From a virus: a stretch of 64,000 nt of DNA. The DNA is taken from the IMG/VR virus record IMGVR_UViG_3300048999_000052, positions 19,491 through 83,490 of that record; one strand, given 5' to 3'. The position numbers were made by a program, and so were the translations under genes. Under the pieces are notes generated by a model. The model worked only from the letters and a program-made list of their open reading frames with translations. It ran no database searches and was not told the origin of the DNA. Below, in pieces: positions 17,091 to 26,300 of this stretch; position 1 is the stretch's first letter, and each line of letters begins with the position of its first letter.

Positions 17091-17553
17091 CAACCCCGAG
17101 TGGAACGTGGATGAGTACCGCAAGCAACGGGACAACGACCCACAGATCAAGCAGGTGATGAATCGCCTGGTGGAGGCGATCGAGAACGTCACCAAGGCCA
17201 TGGGCAGGTTCCAGTACGTGAACGAGAGCTGGGATCCCCAACCAGTTGCACCCAAGCGGCTGGGCGAGGCCCATCAGATCGGCAACAAGTCAGTGCTGAC
17301 CCACACCTACGACCAGTGCGTTGGGAGGAACTGTGTCATCCACAACCCCTCGGAGCACCGGATGCGGGGATGGGAAAAGAACTACCGACCAGACACCGGC
17401 CGAACTGAGCGGCTCTGTGAGCACGGCGTTGGACATCCTGACCCAGACGACGTGGCGTACTGGCTCACGCTCGGGAAGACACAAAGCTCGGTCACGACGC
17501 ACGGGTGTGACGGATGCTGTGCAGCGTACGAAGTGTCCGATCTGCCGCAGTAG
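17077..17553 (+). CDS. Cys/His-rich metal-binding hypothetical protein
   Basis: CVIHNPSEH...ERLCEHGVGHPDPD...HGCDGCC. Confidence 0.75.
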   Translation: MKMDDNPEWNVDEYRKQRDNDPQIKQVMNRLVEAIENVTKAMGRFQYVNESWDPQPVAPKRLGEAHQIGNKSVLTHTYDQCVGRNCVIHNPSEHRMRGWEKNYRPDTGRTERLCEHGVGHPDPDDVAYWLTLGKTQSSVTTHGCDGCCAAYEVSDLPQ

Positions 17554-17803
17554 TACTGGCGGCAAGAAGTGGAGCTACGCATCTGAGTACGACGCCTGGA
17601 AGATGATCGGGCAGATGATCCGCAGCGGTAAGTACGACAGCGTGCCCAACCGGGTCTACCCGTGTCCGTTTGGTCACGGATATCACAAATCTTCCCAGCC
17701 CCAGCGGCACAGCTACACGTTGCCTCAAGAAAAGACCAGGGTAGAGTACAGTCATGAAGATCAAGCAGGATCCGGCGAAGCAGGCCAAGGCCCAGATAGC
17801 TGA
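17519..17803 (+). CDS. Zn-finger hypothetical protein
   Basis: C...GKK.Y.S...A...RVYPCPFGHGYH pattern typical of small phage Zn proteins; GTG 17519. Confidence 0.6.
   Translation: MQRTKCPICRSSTGGKKWSYASEYDAWKMIGQMIRSGKYDSVPNRVYPCPFGHGYHKSSQPQRHSYTLPQEKTRVEYSHEDQAGSGEAGQGPDS
17720..17747 (+). promoter_or_regulatory. promoter TTGCCT-16-TAGAGT, leaderless for 17754
   Basis: -10 is 6 nt before the ATG; no SD. Confidence 0.55.
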
Positions 17804-17942
17804 CATCCTGCGCAACCACGAGTGGCTGATCTTGCGCGAAAGTGGTGATCACACCCCGGACTGGATCGACTACGAGATGTTGGCGGACCTGGTCTACGAC
17901 ATCGTCCGAGGCAAGACCTTCGGTAGAGAGGCAATCAATTGA
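17754..17942 (+). CDS. hypothetical protein
   Basis: ORF track; TTGA overlap with the next gene. Confidence 0.65.
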   Translation: MKIKQDPAKQAKAQIADILRNHEWLILRESGDHTPDWIDYEMLADLVYDIVRGKTFGREAIN

Positions 17943-18232
17943 AGACCACCACGTTCTACGTACAGCTAGAGCCGCGTTGGCGTACGTGGAAAGACCACAC
18001 CACGGGTAAGTACCCACTGGACTCAGTGGTTGCCACCCGGGTGACCCAGACCAAGCCCACCAGGCCTCGGGTGGGGTCGATCACCGTCAAGCTGTCGATC
18101 GATATCCCCGAAAGTGTGTTCGAGCCGTTTGAGCCCGCAGTAGAGATCAGCATCCCCGAACCAGCCGAAGACATGATCCAGGTGAACGTCGAACCAGTAG
18201 AGGAGCCGCAGAATGCAGAAGCAGCACAGTGA
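17939..18232 (+). CDS. hypothetical protein
   Basis: AGAGG RBS; overlap coupling. Confidence 0.7.
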   Translation: MKTTTFYVQLEPRWRTWKDHTTGKYPLDSVVATRVTQTKPTRPRVGSITVKLSIDIPESVFEPFEPAVEISIPEPAEDMIQVNVEPVEEPQNAEAAQ

Positions 18233-18383
18233 GCAAACCAAAGTCACTGTCAGTAGCGATGAGTACCAGGAGCTCAAGCGGGATCAGAACTGGCTGCACT
18301 GCCTGGAAGCGGCCGGAGTAGACAACTGGGACGGCTACACCTTCGCCCGGGAGATCTACCGCCAGCGGGGCCACGATGACTGA
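18213..18383 (+). CDS. 56-aa GVDNW-motif protein (family often annotated as host RecBCD nuclease inhibitor)
   Basis: EYQEL.RD..WL.CLEAAGVDNWDGY; AGGAG RBS (not in the ORF track). Confidence 0.65.
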   Translation: MQKQHSEQTKVTVSSDEYQELKRDQNWLHCLEAAGVDNWDGYTFAREIYRQRGHDD

Positions 18384-18549
18384 GCTGCCCTACGTCGCGG
18401 TCACCATCACGCTCACCCGCAAGGAGTATGAGCAGATGAAACGGGACGCGATCTTCGACCGCGACATCGAAGAGCACATCCGGCTGAAGCTGGGTTTGCC
18501 GTACGCCCCCTACGGGTTCAAGAAGTATATGAAGGAGTTGTACGAGTGA
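18376..18549 (+). CDS. 57-aa RHH-like hypothetical protein
   Basis: VAVTITLTRKEYEQMKRDA...IEEHIRLKLG; GTGA overlap with the next gene. Confidence 0.55.
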   Translation: MTELPYVAVTITLTRKEYEQMKRDAIFDRDIEEHIRLKLGLPYAPYGFKKYMKELYE

Positions 18550-19397
18550 AGCTCACCCAGCTGCTCCAGGCTCACCAGCAAGAGCTGGTGGTCACCCCTG
18601 CCCACGAGCGCTGGTTGATCGCCAATCCGAACGCGGAGTACTCCGACGATGCCAAAGCGTTCCTGGCTGAACAGATCGGTAAGCCGGATCGGGTCCGCAG
18701 TGGCAGCTTCAGTCCTAGCTCTGCTGGCACCTGTCTACGACGGCGTCAGTTCGAGTATCTGGGGTTGCCGCGGCGCCCTTTTAAGACCTCTACCATCCAG
18801 ATCTTCCATAACGGCACCTGGACGCATTTGCGTTGGCAAGCCGCAGGCCTGTCCGCTGGCTGGCTCGACCAGGCAGAGGTGCCAGTGGCTCACCCCAAGT
18901 TGATGATGAAGGGCACGATGGACGGCCGGCTGGTCAACGGCCAAGGGCTGGAGATCAAGTCGATCAACTCCAACGGCTTTCGCAACGTGATGAAGTACGG
19001 CCCCAAGCGTGAACACCTGTACCAGGTGACCAGCTACTCGATTGCCTCGGGGATCGAAGATTGGGTGGTGCTGTACGAGGACAAGGACACCAACGAGTAC
19101 CGCGAGTTCAGGTTCAGCCCAGACAACCAAGGCCTGACTAAGGTGCTGCACGAGTACGAACGGCTGGTGATCGAGACCACCGGCAATCGCCTGATCGAGA
19201 TGAAGGACGAGTGCTGGGCCAAGCAAGGGAGTGAGTACTTACAGTGTCCATTTCGGGACGTGTGTCCACTGATGAAGTCGTGGGATCAGGCATGCGAATC
19301 CTCCGCGCCGGGGACGACCCCAGCACTGCCCTCGGGGTCAACCACAAAGGTCAGATCGTTGCGGCTGCGTCTCACGTCCAGTTCTCCCAGCGAGTAA
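18546..19397 (+). CDS. Cas4-like PD-(D/E)XK exonuclease
   Basis: SPSS...C.R, GT..H, GTMDG, LEIKS, Q...Y, C...CPF..VC. Confidence 0.85.
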   Translation: MKLTQLLQAHQQELVVTPAHERWLIANPNAEYSDDAKAFLAEQIGKPDRVRSGSFSPSSAGTCLRRRQFEYLGLPRRPFKTSTIQIFHNGTWTHLRWQAAGLSAGWLDQAEVPVAHPKLMMKGTMDGRLVNGQGLEIKSINSNGFRNVMKYGPKREHLYQVTSYSIASGIEDWVVLYEDKDTNEYREFRFSPDNQGLTKVLHEYERLVIETTGNRLIEMKDECWAKQGSEYLQCPFRDVCPLMKSWDQACESSAPGTTPALPSGSTTKVRSLRLRLTSSSPSE

Positions 19398-19747
19398 CCG
19401 ATGTACCTCTGCCTGCGGGTCTGCCCTCTCCTGATGACATCTACGACGAACTCCAGGGATACACGGACGTGCTGTTGGGCCGAAAGCCCAGCCCAATCAA
19501 CAGCCCCTACCTCGCACTTGCCGAAGTCGCCACGGCCTACTACGCCCGCGCCCAAGAGCTAGACATGTTGATCCACGAGGCTGAACGCGCCGGGGACGTA
19601 ACCAAAAGCGCTCCGCACTACAAGATCCGTACTGGCGCGCTGCGAAGCTTCCTGGAGATGAGCAAGAAGATGGCCGACCTGGGGAGTAGGCGGCTCACCC
19701 AGGAACAACTGCTGTATGAGGCCCGGCATGACGCCGGGGAGTACTGA
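19292..19747 (+). CDS. hypothetical protein (helical)
   Basis: ATG 19292 in frame with ORF 19244-19747; overlaps the exonuclease tail by 106 nt. Confidence 0.7.
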   Translation: MRILRAGDDPSTALGVNHKGQIVAAASHVQFSQRVTDVPLPAGLPSPDDIYDELQGYTDVLLGRKPSPINSPYLALAEVATAYYARAQELDMLIHEAERAGDVTKSAPHYKIRTGALRSFLEMSKKMADLGSRRLTQEQLLYEARHDAGEY

Positions 19748-19807
19748 CTGGAATTGAGTAATATCTAGTCTGAAAATAACCATCCAGCTGCCTACAGAGA
19801 GTGACCA

Positions 19808-20005
19808 ATGATACTTACAGTGACTATCCAGCGGGATGGGTACGAAGAGCGCAAGAGCTACAGCAACGCCACCTATCAGGTGGACAACGGGGACCTGAGT
19901 ATCCACCGCGGAGAAGAAATGATCGCGTACTTCCCGAAGGGGATCTGGGCTTACGTAGAGGGTGAGCTGGATGACGTACAGGGTGACCAGAACCCACAAT
20001 CCTGA
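19808..20005 (+). CDS. hypothetical protein
   Basis: Follows an AT-rich intergenic spacer; IAYFPKGIW motif. Confidence 0.65.
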   Translation: MILTVTIQRDGYEERKSYSNATYQVDNGDLSIHRGEEMIAYFPKGIWAYVEGELDDVQGDQNPQS

Positions 20006-20192
20006 GCTGATTCCCCGGCGGGCCAAGTACGACGGACAGCTGTTCCACCAGTACAACTGGGGAGTACGCAAAGCCATCAGGGCCTACGACGAGGATCAGG
20101 CGATTGCTAATGGCAAAGCACAGCGCATCGACGGGCGGGTTCGCTATCCAAACGTGCCCAGTGTGCAAGAACTGGACCCTGCAGGGCAGTGA
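19971..20192 (+). CDS. hypothetical protein
   Basis: ORF track; overlap coupling. Confidence 0.5.
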   Translation: MTYRVTRTHNPELIPRRAKYDGQLFHQYNWGVRKAIRAYDEDQAIANGKAQRIDGRVRYPNVPSVQELDPAGQ

Positions 20193-20277
20193 ACTGGCAA
20201 CCAACGAGGAACTGAATCAGATCGTCCGTGAGCACCTGATGGAGTGCTTCGGCGTACCAGAGGAGCTGGCCTCATGA
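20110..20277 (+). CDS. 55-aa Zn-finger peptide
   Basis: CPVC...HLMEC; ATGA overlap with the next gene (not in the ORF track). Confidence 0.5.
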   Translation: MAKHSASTGGFAIQTCPVCKNWTLQGSELATNEELNQIVREHLMECFGVPEELAS

Positions 20278-20645
20278 CCGCAGGCCGACAGTACGACCAG
20301 ACCGAAACTGGGATCAGGATCCACGAACGCTGCTCCTGTGGGGCGAATACCGAGATCGAGACCCAGAACGTACAACTAGCCGAACGACTGATTCGTAGGT
20401 GGCGTAGGAGCCACTATCACCTGGCTGACTACTACATCCCCAAGCCGATCAGGTTCAAAGACGACACGTATACCCCGACCGTTACCTCAACCGGGGTGAC
20501 CTACACCAGTACGACCGGGACCAGCGCCAGCGGTACGTTCTCTGGTGGTACGGCTAGCCGAGCCACTCAGACTGGAATCACCCAGCAACACCGGGGACAG
20601 TCCCCAGCAGTACGACGCAAGACGGGTGAAGAAAATGGCAATTGA
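20274..20645 (+). CDS. Zn-binding protein with Thr/Ser-rich tail
   Basis: ERCSCGA...W...H.H; GAGGAG RBS. Confidence 0.65.
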   Translation: MTAGRQYDQTETGIRIHERCSCGANTEIETQNVQLAERLIRRWRRSHYHLADYYIPKPIRFKDDTYTPTVTSTGVTYTSTTGTSASGTFSGGTASRATQTGITQQHRGQSPAVRRKTGEENGN

Positions 20646-20892
20646 TCGGCGCAAGTACCAGATCCTCAAGCACGGGATCGGCCACGAGGCTGCTTCCTAC
20701 CTGAGCAACCCGACGTTCTCCCCGCAGAAGGCAGCTACGGTGGCTGCTCCGACTGCAATCGGCTCGGTTGTAGCCGCGGGTGCAAACCCGACCAAGGCCG
20801 AGTACGACGCGCTACGTACTGACGTCACCAACCTTCGGACCACGGTGGCCAACCTGCTCACCAGCCTGAAGAACGCTGGCATCGTCGCGTGA
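20635..20892 (+). CDS. head-fibre-like small virion protein
   Basis: PTKAEYDAL...VANLLTSLKNAGIVA matches head-fibre-type C-terminal pattern. Confidence 0.6.
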   Translation: MAIDRRKYQILKHGIGHEAASYLSNPTFSPQKAATVAAPTAIGSVVAAGANPTKAEYDALRTDVTNLRTTVANLLTSLKNAGIVA

Positions 20893-21428
20893 GGGTAGCT
20901 GGGGTGGACCTGGGGGTGCGGAAAGCAGCCGTCACCGTACTGGATGACAACCAGATGTTGTTCACCGGTGCGTTCGACGTCTCGGCCCAAAAACCTAGGT
21001 CCACCCAGCTGCATCAAGTAGCGGCTTGGGTAGTACGCCAATTGATCCAGTACAAGGCAGAGGCGGTCTACGTTGAGGAACCGCTGGTGGGACGCTCCAC
21101 TCGTGTATCTCTGCAGATCGCCCAGACTGCTGGTGCTGTGCTTTGCACCACTGATCATCTACTGGACGCTGATGGGGCTGGGGCTAATAGTTACCTGGTA
21201 TCGAACACACACTGGAAGAAAATCCTCCTGGGATCAGGCAACGCGAACAAAGTCAAGATCCAGGAGTGGCTTGACCTGAAGTATTCCAGTTACGCTCTCA
21301 ACTGTGACGGCGACCAAGACTGCTACGACGCGACCTGTATCGCGCTCTATGGACAGCTCCAACAAGGGCTTGCAGCCAGGCTCCGTGAAGACTCCCAAAC
21401 TATTCAACATGGACAAGCTCTGGCCTGA
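20889..21428 (+). CDS. RuvC-like Holliday junction resolvase
   Basis: VAGVDLG, VYVEEP, WKK...GSGNA.K, D..DA..IA. Confidence 0.88.
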   Translation: MRVAGVDLGVRKAAVTVLDDNQMLFTGAFDVSAQKPRSTQLHQVAAWVVRQLIQYKAEAVYVEEPLVGRSTRVSLQIAQTAGAVLCTTDHLLDADGAGANSYLVSNTHWKKILLGSGNANKVKIQEWLDLKYSSYALNCDGDQDCYDATCIALYGQLQQGLAARLREDSQTIQHGQALA

Positions 21429-21906
21429 CTGGCACGAGCAAGCAGCCTGCCTAGACGCTGGCTACACCCGGTTCTTCGGGACCGATTCAGAGGCCCGGCC
21501 TGCACTGACTGTCAAACAGATCAGTGAGGTCCGGGCCATTTGTACGTCCTGCCCCGTATTCGCCACCTGTTTGACCCACGCCTTGACCCAGCGTGAGGAG
21601 TACGGGATCTGGGCAGGCACCACCGGTCGAGCTCGCAGGAAGATCCAGCGTTGGCTCGAATCGGGTGCAGTGAGCGTGGCTGAAGTAGTGGAGGACTACG
21701 TCAATGGGAAACGACGCAAGTACGAAGGACGAGGCGCCCCTGGAAGGCCAGCTCGTACGGAGCAAGGCGTGGCACGCGTACCAGCTGAAACTGGCGGGGT
21801 TGAGCCTGAGCGAAATAGCCGGCCATCTGAACTACACGTCTGGCGCCGTGGTGGCCAAGGCCATCAAGGACGAGATGATTTCGGCCGCGAGAGATATCGA
21901 GCCTGA
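21409..21906 (+). CDS. whiB: WhiB-family transcription factor
   Basis: W...AAC...FF...C..CPV...CL..AL...E.YGIWAG. Confidence 0.9.
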   Translation: MDKLWPDWHEQAACLDAGYTRFFGTDSEARPALTVKQISEVRAICTSCPVFATCLTHALTQREEYGIWAGTTGRARRKIQRWLESGAVSVAEVVEDYVNGKRRKYEGRGAPGRPARTEQGVARVPAETGGVEPERNSRPSELHVWRRGGQGHQGRDDFGRERYRA

Positions 21907-22162
21907 GACCCGGGAGAGTTTGCTCGACCTGGAGATCGAACGGCTGAACTTTGCCCAGTCCAAGATCTGGATGGCAGTCGAGGCCGGTGATGTGAAGGCC
22001 ATCGAGCTGCTGCTGAAGATTGTCACCCTGCGGGCCAAGCTCCAGGGCGTGGATGTGCTGGACGCATCCAAGGGTCAGCAGACGGTACTGGTGGTGGGTG
22101 GTTCAGAGGGCGAGTACGTCGCCAAGCTCAAACTGGTGGCTGGTGGCGAACAGCAAGATTGA
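21704..22162 (+). CDS. HTH protein, candidate terminase small subunit
   Basis: AYQLKLAGLSLSEIAGHLNY HTH; LE.ERL...W.....GD.KAI...LKI...RAKL.G.D pattern. Confidence 0.6.
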   Translation: MGNDASTKDEAPLEGQLVRSKAWHAYQLKLAGLSLSEIAGHLNYTSGAVVAKAIKDEMISAARDIEPETRESLLDLEIERLNFAQSKIWMAVEAGDVKAIELLLKIVTLRAKLQGVDVLDASKGQQTVLVVGGSEGEYVAKLKLVAGGEQQD

Positions 22163-22182
22163 GGTGAGCAGAAGGAGGACAG

Positions 22183-22566
22183 ATGGCTGGTCGAGTCGAC
22201 CTGTACGTCGATCAGGGCGCGGATTACACCGCTCAGTTGGTGTGGAATGACTTCACTGACAACCCGATCCCCGTCACCTTGCCGATGCGGATGGACGTCA
22301 AGTCTCCCTACGGCCAGGTGATGTTCTCGCTGTTCCCGCCGGACCCGCTACCCACGGATGAGATCCCGGCGATGACCTATAACACTGACAACGGGATGAT
22401 CCAGATCCACATCACCAAGGAACAGACTGATCTGCTGGCGGGCGGGATGTACAAGTACGACCTGTTCGCCACCGTGGATGATGGTGATGTCGGCACTGGG
22501 GATCAACTGGTTCGACTGGTGTTCGGTGACCTGATCTGCTCGTCTCGCGTCACTCAGGGGATCTGA
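22183..22566 (+). CDS. virion structural protein (BppU/LtfC-like Ig fold)
   Basis: DL.VDQGAD...RMDVK...G.I.I.I...QT..L....Y.YDL. Confidence 0.65.
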   Translation: MAGRVDLYVDQGADYTAQLVWNDFTDNPIPVTLPMRMDVKSPYGQVMFSLFPPDPLPTDEIPAMTYNTDNGMIQIHITKEQTDLLAGGMYKYDLFATVDDGDVGTGDQLVRLVFGDLICSSRVTQGI

Positions 22567-22567
22567 T

Positions 22568-23275
22568 ATGGGTAACTACCAAGTCGTCAAGGTCGCCTCC
22601 GGTGAGACGATCCAGATTCGTACTGGCGTACTGCAGGGCATCGGTGCCCAAGGTCCAGTAGGACCGATTGGCCCGCCTGGACCACAGGGTGACCAGGGCA
22701 CCCAAGGTGAGCGGGGTGAAACCGGAGCAATCCAGTCCTTCAGCTCCGAGGTCACGATTGGTGGAGCTACTTCCCTGGGCTCTGGTACGGCTGCTCCGAT
22801 CAGCTTCGACACCAATGTCCGAGATGACCTCGGGGTGGTTACCTCAGCTACCACTTTCACTGCACCGACCGCGATGGACCTGTTCTTCTCGGTCTGGGTG
22901 CAGTTCGGCCTACCTGCGGATGCTGCTGATGGCTATCGCCAGCTGGAGCTGCGTACGGGTAGCTCGTTTGCCACTGCGGTGTGGAAAGTGAACACCATTG
23001 CCACTGTTGGGGTACCAACCCAGTTGGTGATGACCACGACGGTGAAGGCTGCTGCTGGTCAGGCCTTCCAGATCTGGGGTGTGCACAATGACTCGCTGTC
23101 GGTGGCTACGACCGCTGGCCGGTTGGATATCTACCGGGTTGGCTCTGGTCCCGCCGGTGAACAAGGCCCCGAAGGTCCTGTTGGCGATGTTGGTCCTGCT
23201 GGTCCTCCTGGACCTGCTGGTCCGGATGGCAGCGCTACGTCGGGCTTCGCGCACTACTCGGACCTGCTCCCGTGA
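22568..23275 (+). CDS. collagen-repeat minor tail protein
   Basis: Two Gly-X-Y tracts flanking a beta-rich domain. Confidence 0.75.
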   Translation: MGNYQVVKVASGETIQIRTGVLQGIGAQGPVGPIGPPGPQGDQGTQGERGETGAIQSFSSEVTIGGATSLGSGTAAPISFDTNVRDDLGVVTSATTFTAPTAMDLFFSVWVQFGLPADAADGYRQLELRTGSSFATAVWKVNTIATVGVPTQLVMTTTVKAAAGQAFQIWGVHNDSLSVATTAGRLDIYRVGSGPAGEQGPEGPVGDVGPAGPPGPAGPDGSATSGFAHYSDLLP

Positions 23276-23306
23276 TGAAGCGGGTCTAAAGACTAAGGAT
23301 CAGTAA

Positions 23307-26300
23307 TTGGCCACCGACCACGCTCAGAGTTTGCGCCTGGGGCAGCGGGGAGTTGCCCCCACCCCAGGCGTACAGCTGGTTGCTGTCGCCTCGCTACCCT
23401 CAGTTGCTTATCGGGGCCAGCTGGTCTATGCCCTGGACATCGATGAGTTCCGGGTCTTCGACGGCGACGCCTGGCAGATCCCCACCGCAGCTACCACTGG
23501 TGGCCTGCAGATGTTCGTCCAGGCAACTGCGCCTGTGGCTGACAACGTGGGTGATCTGTGGCTGAAGGACACCACCTACCAGATCTATGTCTGGGACGGT
23601 ACGACCTGGCAAGAAGTCCAAGACCCGACTGCGGATGCGGCTGCTGCTGCCGCTGCGGCGGCTCAAGTGGATGCCACCAGTGCGTTGGGTTTGGCTACCA
23701 ACGCTCAGGCCACTGCTGATGGCAAGATCACCGCGTTCTACCAGAGCCTGGAGCCGGCGCTTCCAACTGAGGATCCCCAAGAAGGCGACATCTGGTATCG
23801 CACGTCGGATAACCGGGCCTTCATCTACCACTCGGGCGCGTTTGTGGAGATCCAAGACGCTGCCATTGTCGATGCGCTGACTCAGGCTGGTACGGCCCAG
23901 GCCACTGCGGACCAGAAGATCAGCTCGTACTTCCAGACTGGACCACCGTGGGCTAATGGCTCAGCTGGCCATGGCAACGACATCGGTGACCTGTGGTACG
24001 ACACCGACGACAACAACAAGCCGTACCGCTGGGATGGGAACTGGACCCCAGTCCAGGACGGCACGATCGCTATCGCCCAGACTGCAGCTAACACTGCACA
24101 GGCGGCTGCTGATGCAGCTCAGGCCACGGCTGACAGCGCACTGACTGCTGCCACCACGGATGGCAATCCACCGAGTAGCTCTCCTACGCCGGAGACCTTG
24201 AGTGGGATCGGGTTGTTCATCACCAAGTGGGCGCCGATCACCAACGCTGACCCAGTTACTTACGAGATCCACGTCAGCGCTGTCTCTGGCTTCACCGCGA
24301 ACAGCTCTACCTTGGTGGGCCAGACCACCGCTTCCCAGTTCGTAGTCAAGGCGCTGCCGGGCTCTCCACCCGCTCCGGGTGACCCAGATCCCCGAGTACT
24401 GGACTACGACACCACCTATTACGTGCGGATTATCGCCAAGGACGCTGACGGGGCTGCTGCCCAGAGCGCCCAGACGTCCGCCATGGTCTTTCGGGTCACT
24501 GGCGTGGATCTACAGGCGGACTCCGTCACAGCAGCTAACATCGTCTCCGGCACGATCACTGGCGACCTGCTGGATGCCAACATGATCGTCGCGGGTCAGA
24601 TCCAGACGGCTGAGACTGGCCAGCGAGTAGCCCTTGGTAACACCGGCCTGCAGGGCTACAAGCCGGACAACTCGCTGATGATCAACCTGCCCACTGATGG
24701 CAGCGAGGGGCTAATTGACCTTGAGGTTGTTGCTCGTGGTCTGACCGCTCAAGACGGTGCCTCGCTGTACGGGGACAGCGAACTGAATGCTGACTCCACC
24801 ATCGTCTTGCAGGCTGGTATCACCTCGCCCAGCTCTACGCCCCAGGTGGGCGTGACCTACGACGCGATTCAGATTTCGACCGCGGCTGTGGCAATGGTCG
24901 ATAAGACCGGCGATCTCGGCACGTTCGACCTGGTCCCGTCCGAGGTGTATGCCATCGAGTGGAAAGACGCAGCAACCGATTACTGGGTGCTGCACCAGAT
25001 TCGGTCCAATGGCACTCGGTCGTGGTTCTTCAAAGTCAGCGATGGTACGCCGACTGATGCCGTCACCGGCCGGTACTTCACCGACACCACCGATTGGGCC
25101 TTCTACTCGGTGTGGCAGATCACTGGTGTGGGATCAACCGCTGGTGTGTATCGGATGGCTCGCTGGATCCCGGACGGAGCGGCGAACACGTACTACATGC
25201 ACTCGCCAGCTGGTCTGAACAGGTACTCGCGGCAGAACGGTGTGGCCTCGCCAACGATTGGGTCTGACGGCACTAACATCTTCACCGCGGAGATCATTTC
25301 AGGCAACCTGCGGATTAGGTACTGGATCCCGGATGGGTCTGGCAACAACCTGGCCTCCCCGATCGATACCTATGAATCTGGTACGGCGGCTGCCTACACA
25401 AACTCTGACTCGATGTGCACAATCCTGGTCGGCAACTTCGATGTTGGCGCTGGTCGCTACGCAGTTGCCCAGCGGGGTGTCTCCTATAACGCCCGATTGC
25501 TGAATGCCGTCGCCGGCTCGCCTGGCGGACTGTATCCAGCTGGTAGCAGTAACAACTGGGCGTCGGCCAACAAGGAGGCGTTCTCCTGGGAGTCGCCCAC
25601 CACCAACCGCCGAGGGATGGCCTGGGATTCGGCCAACGGCGTCTTCTGGACCTTCGGTTCGGATGGCTTCATGTACAAGCACACCGGTGAGCAGTGGGAT
25701 CCGGCGGTCAGCTCCAGTACGTTCTGGGCCAAGCAGACCTTCTATGACTCTGTCGGCACCACGCACGAGACTCAACCGCAGAGTCCTAACAAGAGCTACG
25801 CGGGCAAGCGTCGGGCCAAGAACTTCTACACCGTGCCAACCATCCCTTCGGGCGGGGTTGATGACCCCAATCAGGTTCGGTTGTACATGGCTCGGGGCGC
25901 AACTGCCCCAGCTAACACCAGCTATCACTTGCAGTACACCGGGTCCACGAACACCACCTGGACCACGATGGCCACTGCCACTGCTAACCCGCCCACCACC
26001 AATAACTTCCCCGGTGCTACTCCTGGGAAGATCTCCACGGCTGATGGCACCTCGCTGGTGATCTCTGGGGATGGCACGATCAAGCTCGGTGGCACAGATG
26101 TATCGGTTGGCTATCCAACTCGCTTCGTGCTGACCTCTGGTACGTCCTGGAGTAAGCCCGCGGGACTGAAGGCAGCCTACTTCGAGGCTGTTGGTGCTGG
26201 TGGCGCAGGCGGTGGTGCAGCCTCTGCGTCTGCTGGGAACCACAGCTGTGGAGCGGGCGGTGGAGCTGGTGGTACGGCCAAGGCACTAGTCCTAGCAGCA

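Noticed and set aside
18546-19397. Cas4-like gene as a sign of CRISPR-Cas
   Set aside because: No repeat-spacer array or other cas genes; stand-alone Cas4-like exonucleases are common in phage replication modules
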